From an uncultured Alphaproteobacteria bacterium (lineage in GTDB: Bacteria; Pseudomonadota; Alphaproteobacteria; HIMB59; GCA-002718135): a stretch of 64,000 bases of DNA. The translations under genes and the position numbers were made by a program. The stretch spans positions 65,027 to 129,026 of the forward strand of contig CACEMR010000001.1 in NCBI GenBank assembly GCA_902560725.1. The letters are read 5' to 3'. Below are positions 56,338-64,000 of this stretch, one piece after another. Positions within the stretch are counted from its first letter, which is position 1, and every line of letters begins with the position of its first letter. The notes under the pieces are model-generated. The model did no database searches. It saw only the letters and a list, made by a program, of their open reading frames with translations, and was not told the origin of the DNA.

Positions 56338-57081
56338 ATGAGTGAAAAAAACAATTTGTTGGTAAAATTAGAAAACGGAGGAATTTTCAAATCGTCTAAA
56401 TGGTTAGTTAGAGGTGTGTCCTTAGAAATAAATAAAGGTCAAATTGTAACTTTAATTGGTCCAAACGGATCTGGAAAAACGACAACAGCTAAAATGGTAT
56501 TGGATATTCTTTCTCCTGATGAAGGAGTAATGAAAAGTTTTACAAAGAAGGTGGCTTATGTTCCTCAAAAAATTAGTATTGATTGGACATTGCCTCTTCG
56601 TGTCATAGACTTTATGCAATTAACAAGTAAACTTAGTCAAAATGAAATTATTGAGTCCTTAAGTTTAACTGGTGTAGAACAACTACTTTACAATCAAATA
56701 CATAATTTATCAGGTGGAGAGTTTCAGCGCGTCCTAATTGCAAGAGCCGTTGCTAAGAAACCTGAATTTTTAGTTTTAGATGAACCTGTACAGGGAGTTG
56801 ATTTTAATGGAGAAATTGCTCTTTATGATCTTATTAAAAAAATATCTTCAACACTCAATTGTGGTATTTTATTAATATCACATGATCTACATTTTGTGAT
56901 GTCAGCAACAGATCATGTAATTTGTTTAAATGGACATATTTGCTGTTCTGGAACACCAAGTGCAGTGGTAAAAGATTCTGCTTATATTGAGTTATTTGGT
57001 GAGCATAGATCAAAAACTTTAGCATATTACCAACATGATCATGATCATTCACACGAAACTGATGGAAGTGTAGTTAATTAA
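56338..57081 (+). CDS. znuC: zinc ABC transporter ATP-binding protein
   Basis: GPNGSGKTT, LSGGEFQR, LVLDEP and a His-rich C-terminus (YYQHDHDHSHE). Confidence 0.9.
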   Translation: MSEKNNLLVKLENGGIFKSSKWLVRGVSLEINKGQIVTLIGPNGSGKTTTAKMVLDILSPDEGVMKSFTKKVAYVPQKISIDWTLPLRVIDFMQLTSKLSQNEIIESLSLTGVEQLLYNQIHNLSGGEFQRVLIARAVAKKPEFLVLDEPVQGVDFNGEIALYDLIKKISSTLNCGILLISHDLHFVMSATDHVICLNGHICCSGTPSAVVKDSAYIELFGEHRSKTLAYYQHDHDHSHETDGSVVN

Positions 57082-57884
57082 TGTTTGATGATTTTTTTAT
57101 AAGGGCGCTTGTAGCTGGTATAGGAATAGCTATTGTCGTTGGTCCCCTTGGATGCTTTGTTATATGGAGAAGATTATCATATTTTGGTGATACTTTATCT
57201 CACTCAGCATTATTGGGAGTGACACTTGCTTATTCGTTTAGTTTAAATATTTCTTTATCTGTTTTTATAATATCTGCAGTTGTAGCATTACTTCTGATTA
57301 ATTTACAAAAAAGAACCAAATTAGCTGGAGACTCTTTACTGGGGCTTTTAGCTCACTCTACATTAGCTATTGGTTTGGTTTTAATTGGTTTTTTATCTTA
57401 CATTCGTTTTGATCTTATGGGTTTATTGTTTGGTGATATTCTAGCCGTAACAATAGAAGATATTGCTTTAGTTTGGGTTGGTGGTTTTGTTATTTTAGGA
57501 ATTTTATATTTTATTTGGAAGTCGCTATTTTCAGCAACTGTTAATTATGATCTATCTGCAGCAGAGGGTATGAAGCCTGAAGTTTCAAATTTCATATTTA
57601 CTCTTCTATTAGCAGGAGTAATTGCTCTTTCAATAAAAATGATAGGTGCCTTATTAATTACAGGGTTACTTTTAATTCCAGCAGCAACGGCAAGAAATAT
57701 TAGCAATAGTCCAAATCAAATGGTTTTTTTAGCAACTTTAGTTGGTATTATATCAGTAATTGCCGGTTTGTTTACTTCATTAGAACTTAACACATCTTCA
57801 GGCCCTACAATCATTGTAGTTGCCTTGATACTATTTATTGTATCTTTGGTGCCACTTGAAATTAAGGGTCAGTTGCAAAAATGA
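57081..57884 (+). CDS. znuB: zinc ABC transporter permease
   Basis: 267 aa, TM-rich ABC-3 family pattern. 1-nt overlap with znuC. Confidence 0.9.
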   Translation: MFDDFFIRALVAGIGIAIVVGPLGCFVIWRRLSYFGDTLSHSALLGVTLAYSFSLNISLSVFIISAVVALLLINLQKRTKLAGDSLLGLLAHSTLAIGLVLIGFLSYIRFDLMGLLFGDILAVTIEDIALVWVGGFVILGILYFIWKSLFSATVNYDLSAAEGMKPEVSNFIFTLLLAGVIALSIKMIGALLITGLLLIPAATARNISNSPNQMVFLATLVGIISVIAGLFTSLELNTSSGPTIIVVALILFIVSLVPLEIKGQLQK

Positions 57885-57906
57885 TAACAATTTGGTAATT
57901 TAAATT

Positions 57907-58311
57907 ATGACTTTAGAATCATCTAACTTAACTAAAAACCAACAAACAGTTCTTAATATTTTAGAAAAATCAACAGAACCTCTAAAAGCATATGCTATTC
58001 TTTTTGATATTCAAAAAAAAGGAATAAAATCTCCACTTCAAGTTTACCGAGCGCTAGATAAATTAATTGAGATTGGCAAAGTACACAAAATAGAAAGTAG
58101 AAATTCTTACATAGCTTGTAAGCATGAGGGTTGTAACGCTAAAACTTCTACTGCTTTTTTGATCTGTGAAAAATGTGATAACGTTACTGAGTTAAAAAGA
58201 AATAATTTATTAAGCTATTTTTCAAAACAAGCTGAAAAAGATAATTTTCAATACAGAAAACATAATTTAGAAATTTATGGATTATGTAATAATTGTAAAC
58301 TTAAAAATTAA
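57907..58311 (+). CDS. zur: Fur-family zinc uptake regulator
   Basis: 134 aa with a winged-helix N-terminal domain and two CxxC pairs (CEKC, CNNC). Last gene of znuCB-zur. Confidence 0.75.
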   Translation: MTLESSNLTKNQQTVLNILEKSTEPLKAYAILFDIQKKGIKSPLQVYRALDKLIEIGKVHKIESRNSYIACKHEGCNAKTSTAFLICEKCDNVTELKRNNLLSYFSKQAEKDNFQYRKHNLEIYGLCNNCKLKN

Positions 58312-59099
58312 TTAATTAAATTATCAATTTTATTTAAACATTTATTTAAACCAAGCTCATATTTCGTCCTTATAAAATGCTCTTTAATTATTTCTACCCA
58401 CTTAAACTTTTGTTGATTTTGATGAGATGCATAAAAACAATTTAAAGTATAAGGCATATTAAACATTTTTAATATTTCTTGCCTGATGACATCATTTGTT
58501 AAAATAGAGAGAGATTCATGAATATATTTTTCAACTATTTTTTGATCACTTAATGTAACTTTGGGTATTTCAAAAAGACCGAGAAATCTAAAATATCTAT
58601 AAATTCTTAAATAATCCTCTTTGATTCTATCTTCGATTTCTCCAATAAATTTTATTTTTTTTTCTCTCAAATGTGATTGGCCATCATAATAATCATATAA
58701 TTTATTGTTACCTCCAAGATAAAGAGCATTAAATGTAAAATCTCTTCTTGCTGCATCTTTTTTCCAATCAGTTGTATAAATGACGTTTGTGTGTCGTCCA
58801 AGCTGATTTACATCTTCACGTAAGGTTGTTATTTGTATTTTTTTATTTAAAGGATATGAAATTATAGATCCATATTGAATAGCAAAGTCATCGTATTCAA
58901 TATTATTATTTTCTAATAAATTTAAAACTTCTTTTGGTTCAATTTTAGTAGCAGTATCGATATCCTTGACTTCTCTATGCATTAATTTATCTCTAATACA
59001 GCCTCCCACTAACCTAATATCAGCACTATTTTTTTCAAAAATTGAAAATAATAGTTTTACATGGTTTGTATTTAATAAATCAGTAACATTATTATTCAT
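58308..59099 (-). CDS. cca: class II tRNA nucleotidyltransferase (CCA-adding / poly(A) polymerase family), short 263-aa form
   Basis: Head-domain motifs GGCIRDKLMHREVKDIDTAT (motif A), ARRDFTFNAL (motif B/C) and EDYLRIYRYFRF (motif D). The ORF ends soon afterwards. Confidence 0.7.
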   Translation of the reverse strand: MNNNVTDLLNTNHVKLLFSIFEKNSADIRLVGGCIRDKLMHREVKDIDTATKIEPKEVLNLLENNNIEYDDFAIQYGSIISYPLNKKIQITTLREDVNQLGRHTNVIYTTDWKKDAARRDFTFNALYLGGNNKLYDYYDGQSHLREKKIKFIGEIEDRIKEDYLRIYRYFRFLGLFEIPKVTLSDQKIVEKYIHESLSILTNDVIRQEILKMFNMPYTLNCFYASHQNQQKFKWVEIIKEHFIRTKYELGLNKCLNKIDNLIN

Positions 59100-59137
59100 A
59101 ATCTGGTTATTTCTCTAAAATAATTTATATTACAATA

Positions 59138-59749
59138 ATGATCTCGACTTCTTCAAAAGAAAATACTCATGAAATATTTGAGGAAATAAAAACAAATTTA
59201 ACGAGAGGTGTAAAAGACCGAAAACACGCCTTTCATAACCCGGTATTTTGCAATGTTGATCAAGATGGAGGGGTAGATTCAAGAGTAGTCGTTTTACGAA
59301 AATTTGATCCTATTAATATGATATTAAATTTTCACACTGACTATAGATCTCCTAAAGTTAGTAATTTAAAACAAAATAATAAATCCATGTTAGTTTTTTA
59401 TGATCATAAATTAAAGATTCAAATGAGAATTAAAACTACATCAATTATTAATTATCAAAATGAAATAGCAAAAGAGATGTGGGATAAGACAAAACTATTA
59501 AGTAGAAAATGTTATTTAACATCTAAAGATCCAAGTTCATTAACAACTCTACCCGAGGATGGAATTCCTGAACATCTTATTGGAAAAGAACCTGAATTTG
59601 AAGAAAGTGAAAAAGGATATAAAAATTTTACCGTTATTGAAAATAAAATTAATGAAATAGATTGGTTGTATTTAAAAATTTCAGGACATCGAAGATTAAA
59701 TCTTTTGTTTCAAAATAATAAACCACAGTTTCAGTGGTTAATACCTTAA
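59138..59749 (+). CDS. pyridoxamine 5'-phosphate oxidase-like FMN-binding family protein
   Basis: 203 aa. The RKHAFHNPVF...SRVVVLRKFD pattern resembles split-barrel PNPOx-like proteins. Confidence 0.6.
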   Translation: MISTSSKENTHEIFEEIKTNLTRGVKDRKHAFHNPVFCNVDQDGGVDSRVVVLRKFDPINMILNFHTDYRSPKVSNLKQNNKSMLVFYDHKLKIQMRIKTTSIINYQNEIAKEMWDKTKLLSRKCYLTSKDPSSLTTLPEDGIPEHLIGKEPEFEESEKGYKNFTVIENKINEIDWLYLKISGHRRLNLLFQNNKPQFQWLIP

Positions 59750-60579
59750 TATAATTTAAAATTATCAATAATTCTTATTTCATCAATATATAAAGCTATA
59801 AATAATCTAGAATGAGAATAATCATCAGTCACTGACAAGTTGTCTTCATCTCTTATTTCAAAATAATCTATTTTATTAATATTAATTTTTGAAAGATCTT
59901 TTTTAAAATTTTCTAATTTAATTTTTGTGTTTCTTTGTTTTATTATAACTATTAATTTAGATATTTTTTTTGCTAAATTTTTAAAAATTTCTAGTTGATC
60001 TTTATTTAATTTTGAATTTCGAGAGGACAAACTCATCCCAAGATTATCTCTTACAGATAGGCATGAAATAACATTAATTTTATGATTTTTAATTTTTACT
60101 AGCTCATTAATATATTTTACTTGTTGAAAATCTTTTTCACCAAAATAACTATTATTTGGTTTTATAATATTAAAGAAAGTATCAACAACTGTAGTGACTC
60201 CATCAAAATGACCAGGTCTAAATTTATCACAAAGAATATCTCTATATTTTGTGATAGATTTTTCTCTAATCAAACCTTTTGGATAGATATCTGTAACTTC
60301 AGGCAAGTATAATAAATCACAATTTAAAGATTTTAATTTTTCAACATCATTTTCAAATGTTTGTGGATAGGAATTATAATCTTTTTTGTTATTAAACTGA
60401 GTTGGATTAATAAAAATTGTAGCTATGACAAAATCATTATCTGTTTGAGCTTTTTTGATGAGTGATAAATGACCGTTATGAATATTTCCCATAGTAAGCA
60501 CAAGCCCAATTGATTTTCTTGAGTCTTTTAATGAATGCAAAATATTCTCTAATTCATCAGTTTTTCTTATAATTTTCAT
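59746..60579 (-). CDS. panC: pantoate--beta-alanine ligase
   Basis: TMGNIHNGHLSL (HxGH), FGEKDFQQ and SSRN motifs. Confidence 0.9.
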   Translation of the reverse strand: MKIIRKTDELENILHSLKDSRKSIGLVLTMGNIHNGHLSLIKKAQTDNDFVIATIFINPTQFNNKKDYNSYPQTFENDVEKLKSLNCDLLYLPEVTDIYPKGLIREKSITKYRDILCDKFRPGHFDGVTTVVDTFFNIIKPNNSYFGEKDFQQVKYINELVKIKNHKINVISCLSVRDNLGMSLSSRNSKLNKDQLEIFKNLAKKISKLIVIIKQRNTKIKLENFKKDLSKININKIDYFEIRDEDNLSVTDDYSHSRLFIALYIDEIRIIDNFKLY

Positions 60580-60641
60580 TAAATTTTAAGTAAATAATTG
60601 ACTTATATATGATGAATTCGTATTAGGCCCAAATATTAATT

Positions 60642-60776
60642 ATGAAACGTACATATCAACCAAGTAAATTGATAAGAAAAAGAAGACATGGCTTTAGAGC
60701 TAGAATGGCAACAAAAGCTGGTCGACAAATTATAAACAGACGTCGCGCAAAAGGAAGAGCTCAACTAAGCGCTTAA
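60642..60776 (+). CDS. rpmH: 50S ribosomal protein L34 (absent from the ORF track; too short)
   Basis: My own translation is [44 protein letters not shown], the canonical L34 sequence, upstream of rnpA. Confidence 0.95.
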   Translation: MKRTYQPSKLIRKRRHGFRARMATKAGRQIINRRRAKGRAQLSA

Positions 60777-60784
60777 TTGGCCAA

Positions 60785-61114
60785 ATGGCCCAATCATTAT
60801 TTACAATCAAGAAAAGATCAACATTCGTCATGATACGAGATGAGGGAAAATTTATTAAGGGTAAAAATATAAATGTGCAAATTTTACACAACCAAAAACT
60901 AGAAAACTCTATTGGGGTAGGTTACACAGCATCTAAAAAAATCGGAAATGCAGTAAAAAGAAATAAAGCGAAAAGAATAATGAGGGAATTAGCAAGAAAA
61001 ATTATTATTAATGGTAAAATAAATTCATATTATGTGCTAATAGCTAAATCCTCAATACTGAAAGAAAAATTTGATAAACTGTTATTAGAGCTTAAAGAAA
61101 AGATAAATGATTAG
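60785..61114 (+). CDS. rnpA: ribonuclease P protein component
   Basis: 109 aa, basic, with the RNR-like motif AVKRNKAKRIMRE. Position rpmH-rnpA-yidD-yidC. Confidence 0.85.
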   Translation: MAQSLFTIKKRSTFVMIRDEGKFIKGKNINVQILHNQKLENSIGVGYTASKKIGNAVKRNKAKRIMRELARKIIINGKINSYYVLIAKSSILKEKFDKLLLELKEKIND

Positions 61115-61349
61115 TAAATCCATTGCGTATATTTTAGTTTTTTTAATAAAATCATACCAATTATTAATTTCTCCTCTTCTAGGACAGAACTGTAGATATT
61201 TACCTACTTGTTCAGAGTATTCAGCACAATCAATTCGAGAACATGGAGTCATTAAGGGAATAGCTTTATCTTTAAAAAGAATTTCTAAGTGTCATCCTTG
61301 GGGAAGTCATGGATATGATCCTGTTCCAAAAAAAGTTGAAGAAAAATAA
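61107..61349 (+). CDS. yidD: membrane protein insertion efficiency factor
   Basis: YQLLISPLLGQNCRYLPTCSEY and HPWGSHGYDPVP motifs. Confidence 0.9.
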   Translation: MISKSIAYILVFLIKSYQLLISPLLGQNCRYLPTCSEYSAQSIREHGVIKGIALSLKRISKCHPWGSHGYDPVPKKVEEK

Positions 61350-63077
61350 TGAACGAACAAAAAAATTTATATTTAGCAATAGGCATATCCATAGCAATAA
61401 TAATTTTTTTTCAAATTTTATTACCAAGCCAACCAATTCAACCGCCTTCTGAAAAAAGTAATGAGGTTTTAGAACCTGCAACTTCAATCGATGAAAAAAA
61501 CAATGAAAATGTTAAAGAAATAAAAACTAGGGAAGAAATAATAAACGAAAGTCAGAGGGTCTCATTTAAAAATACATCTATAGAAGGATCAATAAACTTA
61601 AAAGGTGGAATACTTGATGATCTTATATTATCAAAATACAAAACAAGTTTAGACACTAGTTCAAATAATATTCAATTATTATTACCAGATGGAACTTCAA
61701 ATCCTTATTATATCGAGACTGGATGGAAAGAACTTAAGGATTCAAATATTGATTTACCAAATCTGGATACATTATGGGAAACAAATTCACCAACATTAAG
61801 CTCTTCAAGCCCTGTTACTTTAACCTGGACTAATAAGCAAAACATAACTTTTAAGATTAATTATTCTATTGATGATGAATATATGTTTTCAATTACTCAA
61901 GAGATCATAAACAATAGTAATAATAGAATTGAAGTATTCCCTTATCGATTAATTAAAAGAATCAATACACCTGAAACAATTAATTTTTTTATTCTTCATG
62001 AAGGTTTGATTAGTCTTATTAACGATGAACTTTTAGAAAAAAATTATGATGATTTAGCAGATGATTGCACATCCTCATTACAAACAAACAAAACTTTTTG
62101 TGATAACAAATCAAAAGGTGGTTGGTTAGGTTTTACGGATAAGTATTGGATGTCTGTTTTGATACCAGACGCTGATCAATCTATTAACGTAAATTACCGT
62201 CACAGTAATAATGGAAGGGATAATTATAGAGCAGGCTATGTTGGTCAAATTTATGATATCATGCCAAATAGTAGCCTAAAATATGATGGTAAATTATTTG
62301 TTGGTGCAAAAAAACTAGATATTTTAAGTTCTTACGCTGATAATTTATCTATTCCTAGATTCACTGATGCAATTGATTGGGGATGGTTTAGTTTTTTAAC
62401 AAAACCGGTTTCTTATGCAATTAATTGGTTTTATGGATATGCAGGAAATTTTGGTTTAGCAATTATCGCATTTACAATTTTAATGAGATTAATACTTTTT
62501 TCCTCTTGCACAAGCTTCATTCAAATCAATGGCAAAAATGAAAAAATTACAACCAGATATGCAAAGATTAAAAGAGACATATCCAAATGATAGACAAAAA
62601 ATGCAACAGGAACTAATGGCACTTTATAAAAGAGAGGGTGCAAATCCAGTAGCAGGATGTTTACCTATACTTGTACAAATACCAATATTTTTCTCGTTAT
62701 ATAAAGTTTTATTTGTAACAATCGAAATGTATCATGCGCCATTCTATGGTTGGATAAATGACTTATCAGCACCAGACCCTCTAGGCCTAATGACTTTATT
62801 TGGAATATTTCCTTGGGATGTACCTCCATTATTATCTATTATTGATATTGGAATTTTGCCAATATTTATGGGTTTTACAATGTGGCTTCAGCAAAAATTA
62901 AATCCTGCTCCCGCTGATCCTACACAAGCAAGAATTTTTGCTATGCTTCCTTTTGTGTTTACTTTTGTTTTAGCTGGATTTGCAGCAGGATTAGTTTTGT
63001 ATTGGTCAGTAAATAATATTTTATCAATAGCTCAACAATGGGTCATTCAAAGAAAAATTTTAGCCAAAGATGGCTAG
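61349..63077 (+). CDS. yidC: membrane protein insertase YidC, interrupted by a +1 frameshift in a T6 run (ORFs 61349-62590 and 62529-63077)
   Basis: The N-terminal ORF carries TM1 and the periplasmic domain up to ...FTILMRLILF. The second frame continues PLAQASFKSMAKMKKLQPDMQRLKETY..DRQKMQQELMALYKREGANP..GCLPILVQIPIFF, the conserved YidC core. Deleting one T at 62496-62501 restores a single ~575-aa protein. Confidence 0.85.
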
Positions 63078-63690
63078 TTCCAATAAAAACTTAAACGGCT
63101 TTTTTAGTAGAAATAAATTTCTTGGATCTTATTATTCCTATAATGAAATTCCTGTATCAAATATTAATAGAGAATGTTGTTTTATTGGAAGATCAAATGT
63201 TGGGAAATCAAGTTTAATTAATTCCATTACAAAAACTAAAAAACTTGCAAAAACGAGTAAAACTCCAGGAAGAACTCAATCCATAAATGTTTTCGAAATA
63301 AGTAATAAGATTAATATTGTTGATTTACCTGGTTATGGATTTGCTAAAGTGTCAAAAGTGATGAGAGATAATCTTAAATATTTAATTGAAGATTACATTA
63401 TTAATAGAAATATTTTAAATCATATTTTTTTGCTTATAGACTCAAAAGTTGGAGTAAAAAATTCTGATATTGATATGTTAGATTATATAAATAGTGGTTC
63501 CAAAAAATTTTCAATTATATTAACAAAAATTGATAAAATTTCTAAGAATCAAAATGATTATCAAAGTAAATCAATATTAAGTTTAATGAAAAATTATGAG
63601 AATAATTTTGAAAACTTATATTTATCTGAAACTAAAAAAAATAATGGTATTATTACAATCCAAAAAATAATATATGAAATGTCTCTATAA
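63070..63690 (+). CDS. engB: ribosome biogenesis GTP-binding protein YihA/EngB
   Basis: [12 protein letters not shown] (G1), DLPGYG (G3) and TKID (G4). Confidence 0.9.
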   Translation: MASSNKNLNGFFSRNKFLGSYYSYNEIPVSNINRECCFIGRSNVGKSSLINSITKTKKLAKTSKTPGRTQSINVFEISNKINIVDLPGYGFAKVSKVMRDNLKYLIEDYIINRNILNHIFLLIDSKVGVKNSDIDMLDYINSGSKKFSIILTKIDKISKNQNDYQSKSILSLMKNYENNFENLYLSETKKNNGIITIQKIIYEMSL

Positions 63691-63692
63691 AA

Positions 63693-64000
63693 ATGAAATT
63701 TGATTTTTTATCTGAAAGTGATCAAGCTTATTTTATACATAAAGCATCAACTTTAGTTGAAGCTTTACCTTATATACGACAACACAGTGGAGAGATAATT
63801 GTAATAAAATATGGAGGACATGCTATGGGCGATAAAAAGCTATCTGATAGTTTTGCTAAAGATATAGGTCTATTAAAAGAAGTAGGTGTATACCCTATTA
63901 TTGTTCATGGTGGGGGACCTCAAATTGGAGAAAGATTAAAGAGTAAGAATATATCCTCAAAGTTTGTTGATGGTTTAAGAGTTACTGATAAAGAAACAAT
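63693..64000 (+). CDS. argB: acetylglutamate kinase, N-terminal part (3' end outside window)
   Basis: My own translation is [47 protein letters not shown]...IVHGGGPQI...GLRVTDKET, the canonical ArgB N-terminus. Confidence 0.9.
   Translation, partial: MKFDFLSESDQAYFIHKASTLVEALPYIRQHSGEIIVIKYGGHAMGDKKLSDSFAKDIGLLKEVGVYPIIVHGGGPQIGERLKSKNISSKFVDGLRVTDKET

Noticed and set aside
60598-60626. Possible sigma-70 promoter for rpmH: TTGACT, 17 nt, then TATTAG.
   Set aside because: The spacing is plausible, but the -10 matches only 4 of 6 positions, and such hexamers are frequent by chance in AT-rich DNA. It is not reported as a feature.
62529-63077. The 182-aa ORF considered as an independent gene.
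   Set aside because: It is the conserved C-terminal core of YidC and joins the upstream ORF after correcting one T in a T6 run. It is reported as a single frameshifted yidC instead.
1-64000. Search for tRNA, rRNA, tmRNA, riboswitches, CRISPR arrays, IS elements and prophage genes.
   Set aside because: No spacer is long or G+C-rich enough for a structured RNA gene; the largest gaps are 167, 136, 134, 133 and 118 nt. No repeat-spacer periodicity was seen, and no transposase, integrase or phage-like ORF. By-eye detection of riboswitches is limited, so a covariance-model scan of the five largest spacers would be the decisive check.

Overview
This window is very AT-rich (roughly 30% GC by eye) and extremely compact. 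Only about 1.75 kb of 64 kb lies outside my CDS calls, and many neighbouring genes share 1-8 nt at start/stop junctions. I found no rRNA, tRNA, CRISPR array, transposase or integrase. Gene content and synteny are alphaproteobacterial: uvrC-pgsA-moaD-moaE, lgt-midA-pgeF, prs-rplY-pth-ychF, petABC and rpmH-rnpA-yidD-yidC-engB-argB. With the composition and streamlining, this suggests a SAR11/Pelagibacterales-type genome, which is an inference. The left ~36 kb is accessory metabolism. (i) A uronate/sugar-acid island carries uxuA, a UxaC-like isomerase, five Gfo/Idh/MocA oxidoreductases, a TIM-barrel isomerase, a FucI-like isomerase and a CUT1-type sugar ABC importer. (ii) An Opp/Dpp-type ABC importer with an unusually large binding protein runs directly into a DMT carrier, mutarotase, a split ComDE-type ThDP decarboxylase, a PfkB kinase and a 2-hydroxyacid dehydrogenase. 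(iii) An organosulfonate hub carries aminotransferase+Ald, Pta and Xsc, with xsc heading a same-strand row of CaCA exchanger, cysQ, an APS-kinase-like P-loop protein and a minimal HxGH nucleotidyltransferase. The right ~28 kb is housekeeping plus a zinc locus (znuA / znuCB-zur). The observations most worth a second look are listed here. The ComDE-like decarboxylase sits in a sugar-style operon near Xsc, which may indicate a sulfonated-carbon route. An unannotated 29-codon ORF encodes 9 cysteines, ends in a strong hairpin and lies next to znuA. ZnuA contains a 231-bp, 9-nt-period (DHD)n repeat. A near-perfect Zur-box palindrome overlaps an extended -10 between znuA and znuC. A +1 frameshift in a T6 run splits the essential yidC. 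The xsc-linked cysQ/kinase/nucleotidyltransferase trio is of unclear function. All functional calls rest on motif recognition from the translated ORFs; no database search was run.
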